Shown here: positions 1-9,687 of the stretch, one piece after another | How the letters are laid out: each line of letters opens with the position of its first letter | Numbering within the stretch: position 1 is the first letter of the stretch | From: a virus | Taxonomy: Duplodnaviria > Caudoviricetes | IMG/VR virus record: IMGVR_UViG_3300014208_000002 | Location: 32,001-96,000 of that record | DNA: 64,000 nt | Reading direction: 5' to 3' (one strand) | Position numbers and translations under genes: made by a program | The notes under the pieces: model-generated | Databases searched by the model: none | What the model saw: only the letters and a program-made list of their open reading frames with translations | What the model was told of the DNA's origin: nothing

Positions 1-572
1 ATTCTAATATGCTAGGGGCTAGTGCTGGATATAATTCTTGTTGTGTTTCTCATTCTGTTTTTATAGGAAGATCAGCGGGTGCTGTTTCCGATAACTCATG
101 CTACGCAGTAATGATAGGTACTTGTGCTGGAAATGTATCAAGTAGTTCTTCTTATTCCACCTTTATTGGAACTTGTGCTGGTATTTGTACTATATGCGCC
201 ATCAACTCTATTTTTATGGGATATGGTGCAGGATTTAATGCTGACTACTCTAATAATTCAATTTTTATAGGAAGAGCTACGGGTAATTATGCATGTTGTT
301 CTTCTTGTTCTACTTATATAGGTTACTTTGCAGGAGTGTCGGCTTACTGTTCTTCATGTTCAATTTTCATTGGAGTGTGTACCGGATTTAATGTGTGTTC
401 TTCCCCAAATACTTTAATGATCGGAAATAATACTGGCATAACCCCCCTTCTCTGCGGAATAATGGCTACTACTGCGGTGGCATCTAAACTTACTATAAAT
501 GGTGCATTAGAACCAATTTATTTAATACTCCCTACTACTTGTGGTGGAGCGAATTCTATATGGCTAGTCTAA
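1..572 (+). CDS. Tail-fibre-like beta-solenoid repeat protein, 5'-truncated by the window edge
   Basis: Frame open from the window start; nine exact 17-aa units with (F/M/Y)(I/M/L)G-x3-G; Ser/Cys-rich (16 Cys in 187 aa). Confidence 0.65.
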   Translation, partial: SNMLGASAGYNSCCVSHSVFIGRSAGAVSDNSCYAVMIGTCAGNVSSSSSYSTFIGTCAGICTICAINSIFMGYGAGFNADYSNNSIFIGRATGNYACCSSCSTYIGYFAGVSAYCSSCSIFIGVCTGFNVCSSPNTLMIGNNTGITPLLCGIMATTAVASKLTINGALEPIYLILPTTCGGANSIWLV

Positions 573-588
573 AAAGGAGAACAGATAA

Positions 589-1221
589 ATGGCTTTAGCG
601 GCAGAAAAATTATGTTATAATCGTGGTGGAACAAACTACGCTATAAATACCTATACTGCTTTTGCCGATGTTCAGTGTGCTATAAAAGCTTTGTGTTTAA
701 AAAATGCAAGTGGTGATTTTAGATATACTCCTATTGGTATTACTACTGACCCAAGAGCCGGATATCTTAGAGTAGGGATAGGAAGTACAGCTTATGCAGT
801 AGAAAATACAGCAACTATTTCTTGGGCACGACAACTAATAAATTGTTCAATTCCTTCTTATAATAATACTTCACAGCCTATTGCAAGAATGTATTGTAGC
901 TCTGTTACTAATCCTGTTGTTAGTTATTTTATTATAGATTTTTCCGCAGGATATAATATAAGATTTGATTGGAATGTTACTATTTCTTCTTCCCCCCAAG
1001 CGGCACGGTTTTATGTAGTAGACCCAATCGATTCAGTTATAATAGATACTGGGTGGAAAACTTCAACCTCTGGTGGGGCCAGCTTTACAAATGATTGTAC
1101 TGACTCCATTACTCAATGCTATAGGATTTGTGTTTTAACTTGTAGATATAGCACCACAGATGGATATACTACTTGGTATTGGCACCCAGCTTTTAATTTT
1201 CAAGTTTATACTCATGGATAA
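589..1221 (+). CDS. Putative tail fibre / receptor-binding-associated protein
   Basis: AGGAG SD; beta-rich Thr/Ser/Tyr composition; follows the repeat fibre gene. Confidence 0.45.
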   Translation: MALAAEKLCYNRGGTNYAINTYTAFADVQCAIKALCLKNASGDFRYTPIGITTDPRAGYLRVGIGSTAYAVENTATISWARQLINCSIPSYNNTSQPIARMYCSSVTNPVVSYFIIDFSAGYNIRFDWNVTISSSPQAARFYVVDPIDSVIIDTGWKTSTSGGASFTNDCTDSITQCYRICVLTCRYSTTDGYTTWYWHPAFNFQVYTHG

Positions 1222-1232
1222 GGAGAAATAAT

Positions 1233-1907
1233 ATGGTAACTATTTGGTATAATTCAAAAGGTAAACCCTTTTTCTCAAAAGAATCTGCATTAAAGCAAGG
1301 AGAACAAGAAACTGATTTAAGTTCTGTTGAAGTAGAAAATATTCCTGATAGTTTTCCAATAAAATATTGTGGAAGACGCTATGTAGATAATATATCTCAA
1401 AGAATAATTGATGATGTAGAAATTGAATATCAATATATTGTGGATGTAATAAATAAGACTTTGAAAAAGCTTACTTGGGTAGATAGATTTTATCTAGGAG
1501 AGTTTACTCTCGCTGATTTTCAAGCAAAGGTGTTAAAGAAATTAAAAGTTGATTATTCTCTCATTACAAGAGAATCTGATTCAATTTTTTCTATGTACAC
1601 AAAACGAAAAAATCTTGACTTATTAGAAGAAGGGGATTTAGAAAAGTTCACCCTCTATATGACTGCATATAAAGACGCCACTATTCAATATCGAACGCTC
1701 CGAGATAGAGTAAAAAATGCTTCAACTATTGAAGAGCTTTATGAGGTTTGGGGAATACAATATTCTGTACTTGAGGGGGCGTATGTAAAACTTTCTGGAA
1801 TAGTTACTGAGCCTTCACAACTCATACTAACAGAAGAGGAAATAAATCAAATTACAAAAGAGTATGAATCTATTCTTACTGTACCAATGGAAGGAACAGG
1901 AGGTTAG
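1233..1907 (+). CDS. Putative tail fibre assembly/chaperone protein
   Basis: AGGAG SD; helical, with RDRVKNASTIEELYEVW resembling C-terminal motifs of fibre assembly proteins; position after fibre genes. Confidence 0.35.
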   Translation: MVTIWYNSKGKPFFSKESALKQGEQETDLSSVEVENIPDSFPIKYCGRRYVDNISQRIIDDVEIEYQYIVDVINKTLKKLTWVDRFYLGEFTLADFQAKVLKKLKVDYSLITRESDSIFSMYTKRKNLDLLEEGDLEKFTLYMTAYKDATIQYRTLRDRVKNASTIEELYEVWGIQYSVLEGAYVKLSGIVTEPSQLILTEEEINQITKEYESILTVPMEGTGG

Positions 1908-1912
1908 CATTA

Positions 1913-2803
1913 GTGTTAGCTCTACATACCTTTGATACTTTATCCACAACTGGATTGAAGTTTACTGGCTTAAAAAAAGCTGATACTGTTACCATGATTT
2001 TATCGGCGCTCCAATGGCGAAAAATTAACGGGGATATTAAACTCTATTGTGATAAGATATTTTATTCGTGGTTAGATGAAATTGGCTTTACAGATATATA
2101 TTCAGAAATTGATAAAGAACTTTTAGATAAATCCCGTGATCCAAATATAAATATAAGTAAGCAATATGGTTTTTGGGCATCTTCTAAATTCTATGCAATG
2201 AAAGAACAAATATATCCCTTTTTTATGCTTGATATGGATTTGATTGTAAATCTTAATCTAAAATATTATACTGAACAGGATTTTGGTTTAATAGCTTTTG
2301 GACAAGAGCGAATTAGTAATTCTTGGAGAGATATTCCAGTATATCCCCCAAAAGAAAATATATGGACGCCAGACGGATATGTTTTTGATGAGAGATTAGA
2401 TTGGGAAACTCCTCCAGTAAATTGTGCGCTTACTTATTTTGAAGATTTGGAATTAAAAGATGAATATATAAATGAAGCGTTTAGATTTATGAAAAATAAT
2501 ACCCTCCCTGATTATTCTAATAATAGCAAATTTCCTCCAATGATGATGTGTTATATTGAACAGAGATTTTTACCTATGTTAGCTAAACTTCGTGGTGTAA
2601 AATATAGTACATTTCTTTCAGGATATCTTGGTGGAACTTCAGTAGAAGCTTTAAGCAGTACTCGCTTTTTTCATTTATGGTGTGCCAAACATATTCCTAC
2701 TCTTAGAATAAGAATGTATAAATCATTGATAAAGGATTTAGAAAAGCGATATCCAATATTTTACAATAGGTATCTACAAATTGAAAACAAACTTCAAGAT
2801 TGA
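1913..2803 (+). CDS. GT-A-fold glycosyltransferase-like protein (DUF6734-like from memory)
   Basis: GTG start; FWASSKF...FFMLDMDLIV with DxD motif; first gene of the glycosylation island. Confidence 0.6.
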   Translation: MLALHTFDTLSTTGLKFTGLKKADTVTMILSALQWRKINGDIKLYCDKIFYSWLDEIGFTDIYSEIDKELLDKSRDPNINISKQYGFWASSKFYAMKEQIYPFFMLDMDLIVNLNLKYYTEQDFGLIAFGQERISNSWRDIPVYPPKENIWTPDGYVFDERLDWETPPVNCALTYFEDLELKDEYINEAFRFMKNNTLPDYSNNSKFPPMMMCYIEQRFLPMLAKLRGVKYSTFLSGYLGGTSVEALSSTRFFHLWCAKHIPTLRIRMYKSLIKDLEKRYPIFYNRYLQIENKLQD

Positions 2804-3704
2804 AAAAACTGGAATATCTGGCATCGCTCGATTACGAAATGAGGAAGAATATCTCCCTATTATTCTTGATAGATTCCTTCCATTCTTAGATGAAATTATT
2901 CTTGTTTGTGATAAAGGCAATACAGATAATACTCCTGATATTTGTGAAGACTATAGAAGGCGTTATCCAGACATAATTAAAACCTATTATTATCCTTATG
3001 AGGTATATCCTCCATTGTCCAAAGAAACTTTATTTTGTAAAGAAGCTGATCCAAGAGCTTTATGGAACTATAATAATTGGGCATTTAGTAAAGCTACTCG
3101 GTCATTCTCTATGAAGGTAGATGGCGACTTAATCCCTCGGGCTGATCTAATGAATTATAAAGACCTTATTTGGGATATAGTGAAAAAAAGTTATATTGTA
3201 GAATTACACGGTGCAAATTTAATTATTGATAATGATAAATTAAAAGTTTTTTCTCCTCCTGAATCTAACATTATTCTTTGTGGAATGAATGACCATTTTT
3301 TAAGACATAATGATATTTCTAATTTCTTTGGTAGACAAAAATCAAGCTCATGTGAAGTGTGGTGTGTTCCTTATCTTCCAAAAAAGTTTAATAAAGGATT
3401 CCCCTATTTCTTTTTTTATTATCATATGCGTTGGTGCAAAAAGGATATTTGCTCTAATCGAGGCAATATGGGAATTTCTAATTCTTATTATGACCATTAT
3501 GCTTATTATAAAGATTCATTAAAAATAGATGTGCCTGAAGCAAAAATAGATTGGGAAAGCTGGATTATCAGCTATAAAAATATTGTTGATACATACCGAG
3601 AAAACTACTATAATATAGATATAGGTATTCCTGATCCAAATATAGATACTGAGCTAATTAAATATATGAAGGATAAAAATCTATATAATGAAGCCAAATT
3701 ATAG
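2781..3704 (+). CDS. GT2/CgtA-like glycosyltransferase, copy 1
   Basis: TTG start; GISGIARLRNEEEYL, EIILVCD...DNT, KVDGD (DxD). Confidence 0.75.
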   Translation: MKTNFKIEKTGISGIARLRNEEEYLPIILDRFLPFLDEIILVCDKGNTDNTPDICEDYRRRYPDIIKTYYYPYEVYPPLSKETLFCKEADPRALWNYNNWAFSKATRSFSMKVDGDLIPRADLMNYKDLIWDIVKKSYIVELHGANLIIDNDKLKVFSPPESNIILCGMNDHFLRHNDISNFFGRQKSSSCEVWCVPYLPKKFNKGFPYFFFYYHMRWCKKDICSNRGNMGISNSYYDHYAYYKDSLKIDVPEAKIDWESWIISYKNIVDTYRENYYNIDIGIPDPNIDTELIKYMKDKNLYNEAKL

Positions 3705-4581
3705 TATAGAACATCAGGGTATTTCAGGGATCGCTCGACTACGAAATGAAGAGGACTTTCTTCCTATAGTCTTAGAAAGGTTTCTCCCCTTTCTTGATGA
3801 AATTATTTTAGTTTATGACGCCGGAAGTATTGATAAGACAAAAGAAATATGCGAGGATTTCCAAAGAAAAAACCCTCATAAGGTAAAAGTTTACAATTAT
3901 CCCTATAGGGTATATCCTGCTAACTCAAGAGAACTTCTTGTTTGTGAAGAAAATGATCCTTGCGCTCTTTGGAATTATTATAATTGGTCATTTAGCAAGT
4001 CTACTTGTTCTCATTCAATGAAAATAGATGGTGATCTTGTTCCTAGAAAAGACTTGCTGAATTATAAAGAATTGATTTGGGAAGAACTAAATAATTCAAA
4101 ACCATTTATTGAAGTGCATGGGGCCAATCTATTTATTCAGGACAATGAATTAAAAGTATTTACAACAGAGCATGATTTTACTGTTTGTACTGGATTAGAG
4201 GATCATTTCATACGAAAAAATGATGTGGCAAATTTATTCTATCGAAAGAAAGATGAGCCTTGGGAAAAATGGTTTTATCCTAAATTTATTGGCTTATGTA
4301 TTCCCTCCACTTTTTTCTACTATCACATGAGGGGGTGTAAACAAAACAAGTTCATAAACTGGGGTTATGCACCAATAATGGCAGAATATAATACTTATAA
4401 AGAATTTTCTAAAATTGGAAGACCTGAGTATAATAAAGACTGGGTTAATTGGGAAAAATCCTATCGTCAATTTATTAAAAAGCATCATCGACTAGATAAC
4501 TATATTGAATTGGGACTTCCGAATCCTAATGAAGATAAAGAGTTTATTGAATATTTAAAAAAGTGGGGTTTTCTAAAATGA
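3688..4581 (+). CDS. GT2/CgtA-like glycosyltransferase, copy 2 (paralog of 2781..3704)
   Basis: GISGIARLRNEEDFL, EIILVYDAGSID, KIDGD; collinear with the upstream paralog. Confidence 0.75.
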   Translation: MKPNYSIEHQGISGIARLRNEEDFLPIVLERFLPFLDEIILVYDAGSIDKTKEICEDFQRKNPHKVKVYNYPYRVYPANSRELLVCEENDPCALWNYYNWSFSKSTCSHSMKIDGDLVPRKDLLNYKELIWEELNNSKPFIEVHGANLFIQDNELKVFTTEHDFTVCTGLEDHFIRKNDVANLFYRKKDEPWEKWFYPKFIGLCIPSTFFYYHMRGCKQNKFINWGYAPIMAEYNTYKEFSKIGRPEYNKDWVNWEKSYRQFIKKHHRLDNYIELGLPNPNEDKEFIEYLKKWGFLK

Positions 4582-5399
4582 TGATTGAAATAACCACAAA
4601 TATATTAGATTGCGGCTGTATTATGAACTGTCTATTCTGCCCTCAGCCTACATTATTGAAAAATTATAAAAGTAATATACGAATGTTATCTTTCAATGAC
4701 TATAAAAAAGCAATAGATAAAATTCCTTCTAATATTGAAATTCGCTTTGCTGGATTTTCTGAACCCTGGCTTAATAAAAAAACTACAGATATGATTTTAT
4801 ATGCCCATGAAAAAGGACATAAGATTTATATTTTTACTACAGGGGTAGGACTATCAGCTGAGGCGTTTAAGCGAATAGAACATATAACCTTTGAAATGTT
4901 TGTTTTACACTTACCAGATAAGCAACAAAACGCCCATCATAATATTACTCCTGAATATATTGAAACAATTAAGTATCTAAAAGAAAATGTAAAAGTTTGT
5001 AGAAGCAGTACATGGACAAAAAGAAATCTTACTTTAGATACTATGCACATGGGGGTATTACATGATTCTGTAAAAGATATTTTTCCCGACTCTTTAAATT
5101 ATCAAATGTCCCCTCGGGCATATAACTTAAAAAACGAATATAATATAAAGCCGGAATTAAAAAAGAAGTTTCTCAGAGAAATAAATCATGGAGAAGGTAA
5201 TTATACTTGTAATTTTCCAGAAGGATTTCATAGAAATGTCATGCTCCCAAACGGGGATATGTATCTTTGCTGTATGGACTATGGGCTTGAACATAAATTA
5301 GGAAATATATTTGAAGAGGATTATTTAATTATAATAAATCGAACTAATAAAACCGACTGGCATCTCTGTCAATTTTGTGAGTGGGCTTGTAGGGTATAA
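4563..5399 (+). CDS. Radical SAM protein with C-terminal SPASM/twitch domain
   Basis: CIMNCLFC (CxxxCxxC), FAGFSEPWL, FTTG, and C-terminal C...LPNGDMYLCCMD...LGNI...CQFC; true start may be the ATG at 4578. Confidence 0.85.
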   Translation: MGFSKMMIEITTNILDCGCIMNCLFCPQPTLLKNYKSNIRMLSFNDYKKAIDKIPSNIEIRFAGFSEPWLNKKTTDMILYAHEKGHKIYIFTTGVGLSAEAFKRIEHITFEMFVLHLPDKQQNAHHNITPEYIETIKYLKENVKVCRSSTWTKRNLTLDTMHMGVLHDSVKDIFPDSLNYQMSPRAYNLKNEYNIKPELKKKFLREINHGEGNYTCNFPEGFHRNVMLPNGDMYLCCMDYGLEHKLGNIFEEDYLIIINRTNKTDWHLCQFCEWACRV

Positions 5400-5406
5400 A
5401 ATAAAG

Positions 5407-5417
5407 CTACTAACATA
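5407..5417 (+). promoter_or_regulatory. Candidate late-promoter motif CTACTAACATA
   Basis: Intergenic, 42 nt before ATG 5449; identical 11-mer at 9688. Confidence 0.55.
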
Positions 5418-5448
5418 AAACTAATAGAATATAAGGGAGAAATAAAAT

Positions 5449-6948
5449 ATGGACTACTATTTTAATAATTTATTTGGTGACGGGATTGGCTGGAACTTTG
5501 GCGTATCTACTTGGATTAAGAACACAAAAAAAGCATTAGAGTCTTTTGGTCTTAAAAATAAAATAGATGCAAAGTTAGCACTTTCTATTGGACTCCCCCG
5601 AGCGTTTAACCCAATACCTTCCCGATTTAATGTTTTCATGACCCTCTTTGAAACAGAGGATTTATTTGATGATGACTATGAAAAGTTAAATAAAGCCGAT
5701 GTAATTATTGTTCCTTGTCAAGCTAACCAAAAAGTATTAGAAAGAAACTTGAGAAAAGACATTCCCGTTTATGTAGCTATTGGGGGATTTGATCCTAAAA
5801 TCTTCAAATATAAAAAGAGAGAGAAAATTGACAAAGAGTTTATTTTCCTCTATGTCGGTGCGCTCAATCCCCGAAAGGGTTTTGACTTGGCGATTAAGGC
5901 GTTTAATAAATCAAAAGGATTATATCCTAAAGCAAAACTTTATATCAAGACGACTGAGGAAGGTAAAGATGGATTTGAATATAATTCCTTTGGAGATATT
6001 ATTTATGATTATCGAATACTCTCTACCAAAGAATTAGTGGATATTTACTATAAATCCCATTGTCTACTCCTCCCAAGCCACGGTGAAGGAATTGGTCTTA
6101 CTGCATTAGAAGCCGCCGCCACAGGTCTTCCTGTTATTCATACTGCATATGGTGGTACAGCAGAGTTTTTAGGTTTTCAAAATTCTCTTCCATTAAAATA
6201 TAGTCTTGAAGTAACTGAACTAACTTACCCCGGAGAACCAAAAAGAGTAAGAGCAACTAAGTGGGCAGAAGTCCACATTGATGAACTTATTTCTAAAATG
6301 GATTATGTATATGATAGATATGCACAAATAATTAAAGACTCTAAACCTTATTTATTAAATAATATAAAGCAATTCTCTTGGAAAAATTACGGAAAGAATC
6401 TTATTGCTATATTCAATAAATATAAAGAGGATATAGAACGAGCCATCCTCAAAAAAATACTTAATCTTGGTTGTGGAAATAGAAAATATCCAGGAACAGT
6501 CGGAGTGGATATTCGTAAAGATGTTGGCGCAGATATTGTATGGGACTTATCTAAGACTCCTTATAAGTTTGCTAAGGATGAATCATTTGATGAAGTAATT
6601 ATAATAAATACTCTTGAACACTTACTTGATCCCCTTCCCTTCATGAAAGAGGCTTATAGGATTTTGAAAACTGATGGACTACTTCATATACAGGTTCCTT
6701 ACTGGCGTTCAGAAAACTTTTTTATTGATCCAACTCATCATCATGCGTATCATGAACTGTCTATGGATTTTTTTGATCGGACTACTTTTCACGGAGGACT
6801 AAATAATTATATTCCCGTTAATTTCCGTATACTAAATAGACAGGTACTAGAGACTGGAGACATTTATTTTATTCTTCAAAAGAAATGTTATAATGATTTA
6901 GGAACTTGTGCTTGTTTAAATGGGGGTGGCTGTGACTGCAAAAAATAA
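5449..6948 (+). CDS. GT4 (GT-B) glycosyltransferase fused to a class I SAM-dependent methyltransferase
   Basis: FLYVGALNPRKGFD and PSHGEGIGLTALEAAATGLPVI (GT4); C-terminal LNLGCGNRK...VGVDI...LEHL...RILKTDG (methyltransferase). Confidence 0.85.
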   Translation: MDYYFNNLFGDGIGWNFGVSTWIKNTKKALESFGLKNKIDAKLALSIGLPRAFNPIPSRFNVFMTLFETEDLFDDDYEKLNKADVIIVPCQANQKVLERNLRKDIPVYVAIGGFDPKIFKYKKREKIDKEFIFLYVGALNPRKGFDLAIKAFNKSKGLYPKAKLYIKTTEEGKDGFEYNSFGDIIYDYRILSTKELVDIYYKSHCLLLPSHGEGIGLTALEAAATGLPVIHTAYGGTAEFLGFQNSLPLKYSLEVTELTYPGEPKRVRATKWAEVHIDELISKMDYVYDRYAQIIKDSKPYLLNNIKQFSWKNYGKNLIAIFNKYKEDIERAILKKILNLGCGNRKYPGTVGVDIRKDVGADIVWDLSKTPYKFAKDESFDEVIIINTLEHLLDPLPFMKEAYRILKTDGLLHIQVPYWRSENFFIDPTHHHAYHELSMDFFDRTTFHGGLNNYIPVNFRILNRQVLETGDIYFILQKKCYNDLGTCACLNGGGCDCKK

Positions 6949-8917
6949 TCGTGCTTTTATCACGGGAATTTCAGGACAGGACGGAAGTTATCTAGCTGAA
7001 CTTCTTTTATCTAAAGGGTATGAAGTAGCTGGGTTTATTCGTCGAAGCTCTAATCCCAACACTGCCTCTCGTATATCTCATCTAATAAATAAGATAAAAT
7101 TATATCAAGGTGATCTACTAGATATGAATTCTTTATCTATTGCAATAAGGGATTTTCAACCAACAGAAATTTATAATCTTGCGGCACAGAGCTTTGTAGG
7201 TATGAGTTGGGAACAGCCTTTTTACACCTCTGAAGTAAATGCACTTGGGGCATTAAATATTCTTTCTGTAATAAAAGATGTAAATAAAAATATTCGATTT
7301 TACCAAGCGAGTACATCTGAATTATTTGGAAAGACAACCTCTTCTATACAAGATGAGTTTACACCTTTTACTCCACGAAGTCCTTATGGTATTGCAAAAC
7401 TATTTGCTCATTGGACAACAGTAAACTATCGAGAGTCTTATGGTATGTATGCTTGTAGTGGAATATTATTTAATCATGAAAGCCCTAGAAGAGGTTTAGA
7501 GTTTATTACTAAGAAAATAACAAACCATATTCAAGAGTTTGGAAATTCAAAACCTTTACTGATTGGTAATATGTCCGCTCGACGAGATTGGGGTTATGCA
7601 AAAGAATATTGTATAAATACAGATGTTCCTATTTTAACTCTTTCTGGATGGAAATATTGTGATGAAGTAAAAGAGGGAGATAGTATAATTAACTTTGACC
7701 CCATAAATAATAATTTATCTACTGATATAATAAATAAAATAATAGTAAAAGAGGATGAAAGAAATAGAATACATTTAAGTGGAAGGTCTTTTGATCTTAC
7801 TTGTACGCCTGAACATAGAATTTATTATCAAAAAAAGAGTAAAAATAGCAAGGGCGGCTGGTCAGATTGGAAAGTTATATCTGCTCAAGATTTCGCTGGT
7901 ATGTTACAAGATAAGGTAACTCGAACAAAATATGATTATAGATTACCTCACTTTCAAGATTATAATGCTAAGGAAAATAATAAATGGTCTGATGAAGAAA
8001 TTTATCTTTTAGGGGCTTTATTAGCAGAAGGGTGTATTTCAGAAAAAAATAGAATAACATCTGTTTCTATTTCTCAATCTTTTATTAAAAATGAACCTAC
8101 TCATAAAAAGATAAAGGATTGCCTAGATAGATTATGTTTAATTTATCATACTAGGAATACTAACTCTGGTGTTACAGAGTGGGTGTTAACCTCAGAGTCT
8201 AGTAAAAAAATATTAGAATTATTTGATTCTAATGATATTCATATAGCCCCTAACTGGATATATAGTTTATCAAGCAGACAAGCAAATATTTTATTTAATT
8301 CTTTAATGGACTGTGATGGACATTGGGGAAGCCTAACTTATATTTCCAAACGATACCAATTGGCAGTAGCGTTTCAAACTATTGCTATATTGGCTGGATA
8401 TGCTTCAACAAAGATACATCAGAGGAAGTGTGGTGTTTATAGTTCTACAGTAATATCAAAAAGAAAAAAATATCAGTATATTACTGACATAGAACTTATA
8501 GAACCAGTAACACCTACAGTTTGGTGTGTAAATACTAACAATGGAACAATTATATCCAGGGATAATGACAAAATTTCTATTTCTGGTAATTGTGAAGCCA
8601 TGTGGTTAATGCTTCAACAGGACAAGCCGAATGATTTTGTTATTGCTACAGGAGAAACGCATACAGTAAAAGAGTTTATTATTCAAGCATATAAATACAT
8701 AGGGGCTGAAATTATATTTGAAGGGCAAGGGTTAGATGAAATTGGGATAGATAATAATTCTCAAAGAACTCTTGTTAAAATTGATCCTCAATTCTATCGG
8801 CCCGCAGAGGTAGATTATCTTAGAGGAGATTCTTCTAAAGCCAAGAAGATACTTAATTGGGAACCAAAAGTAAAATTTGAACAGCTTGTAGAAATTATGA
8901 TGGAGGACGAAGCATAA
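6920..8917 (+). CDS. gmd: GDP-mannose 4,6-dehydratase interrupted by an intein
   Basis: ITGISGQDGSYLAELLL, ASTSELFG, SPYGIAK, FNHESPRRG, RDWGYAKEY, DPQFYRPAEVDYLRGD; exteins total 338 aa. Confidence 0.95.
   Translation: MGVAVTAKNNRAFITGISGQDGSYLAELLLSKGYEVAGFIRRSSNPNTASRISHLINKIKLYQGDLLDMNSLSIAIRDFQPTEIYNLAAQSFVGMSWEQPFYTSEVNALGALNILSVIKDVNKNIRFYQASTSELFGKTTSSIQDEFTPFTPRSPYGIAKLFAHWTTVNYRESYGMYACSGILFNHESPRRGLEFITKKITNHIQEFGNSKPLLIGNMSARRDWGYAKEYCINTDVPILTLSGWKYCDEVKEGDSIINFDPINNNLSTDIINKIIVKEDERNRIHLSGRSFDLTCTPEHRIYYQKKSKNSKGGWSDWKVISAQDFAGMLQDKVTRTKYDYRLPHFQDYNAKENNKWSDEEIYLLGALLAEGCISEKNRITSVSISQSFIKNEPTHKKIKDCLDRLCLIYHTRNTNSGVTEWVLTSESSKKILELFDSNDIHIAPNWIYSLSSRQANILFNSLMDCDGHWGSLTYISKRYQLAVAFQTIAILAGYASTKIHQRKCGVYSSTVISKRKKYQYITDIELIEPVTPTVWCVNTNNGTIISRDNDKISISGNCEAMWLMLQQDKPNDFVIATGETHTVKEFIIQAYKYIGAEIIFEGQGLDEIGIDNNSQRTLVKIDPQFYRPAEVDYLRGDSSKAKKILNWEPKVKFEQLVEIMMEDEA
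7610..8590 (+). mobile_element. Intein (327 aa) with LAGLIDADG homing endonuclease, inside gmd
   Basis: Starts at Cys (EY|CINTDVPIL), block B TCTPEHRI, LAGLIDADG-like YLLGALLAEGCI and LFNSLMDCDGHW, ends ISGN|C; removal restores RDWGYAKEY-CEAMWLMLQ. Confidence 0.92.
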
Positions 8918-8918
8918 T

Positions 8919-9344
8919 ATGATAAAAGTAGCAATATCAGGTGGATTTGATCCCCTTCATGTAGGGCATATTAAATATATTCAAAATGCAATAGCCCTTG
9001 GCGATCATTTAATTGTTATTCTGAATGGTGATTCTTTTCTTATGCGAAAGAAAGGATTTATTTTCATGCCCGCAGAGGAACGAGTAGAGATTATTCGAGC
9101 AATTAGGGGAGTAGATGAGGTATGTTTATTTAATTCAGAAAAAGATGATGTTTGTGATGCTTTAGCAATGTTCAAACCCAATATTTTTGCAAAGGGTGGG
9201 GATCGTACTGGACCAGAGAATATTCCTGAATGGGATTTTTGTCAAAAAAATCATATTGATGTTGTAGTAGGAGTTGGAGGAGGAAAAATTCAGTCCTCTC
9301 AATGGCTTACTAAGAGTATTGAATTAAAGGAGAAAAATAAATGA
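8919..9344 (+). CDS. HIGH-motif cytidylyl/adenylyltransferase (RfaE2/HldE C-terminal or TagD-like)
   Basis: SGGFDPLHVGH, ERVEII...GVDEV, FAKGGDR, QSS motifs. Confidence 0.85.
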   Translation: MIKVAISGGFDPLHVGHIKYIQNAIALGDHLIVILNGDSFLMRKKGFIFMPAEERVEIIRAIRGVDEVCLFNSEKDDVCDALAMFKPNIFAKGGDRTGPENIPEWDFCQKNHIDVVVGVGGGKIQSSQWLTKSIELKEKNK

Positions 9345-9685
9345 TTTATTCTTCCGGGGATTTATTTGATAAATGCACAATTCTTGATATTAAGCTACGC
9401 AAGGGGCTTCATGTAGAGAATGAGTTTCAAGTGGTTTATAACGAAGTAAAAGAATTATTAAAAAAATATCCAAAGACAAAGGCTATTTACAAGAAACTTT
9501 TTGAATCCAATCTTGAACAGTATGATTTGGAGGATTTAATACGAACTGAGAAAGACCTTGCTGTAGTTGGAAATATTGCTCTTAATATTCGTAGTCATAA
9601 TGATGCAAGAGTGCTATTAAAAAATAAGATAAATGAAATTACACAGGAAGCTTTTAAGGAAGTTAAAGATTATAAGAGAAGTTAG
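9341..9685 (+). CDS. Conserved hypothetical protein (DUF6165-like from memory)
   Basis: SGDLFDKCTILDIK...YDLED.IR...ND.R..LKN.IN...EVKDY pattern; overlaps the upstream gene by 4 nt. Confidence 0.5.
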   Translation: MIYSSGDLFDKCTILDIKLRKGLHVENEFQVVYNEVKELLKKYPKTKAIYKKLFESNLEQYDLEDLIRTEKDLAVVGNIALNIRSHNDARVLLKNKINEITQEAFKEVKDYKRS

Positions 9686-9687
9686 GT

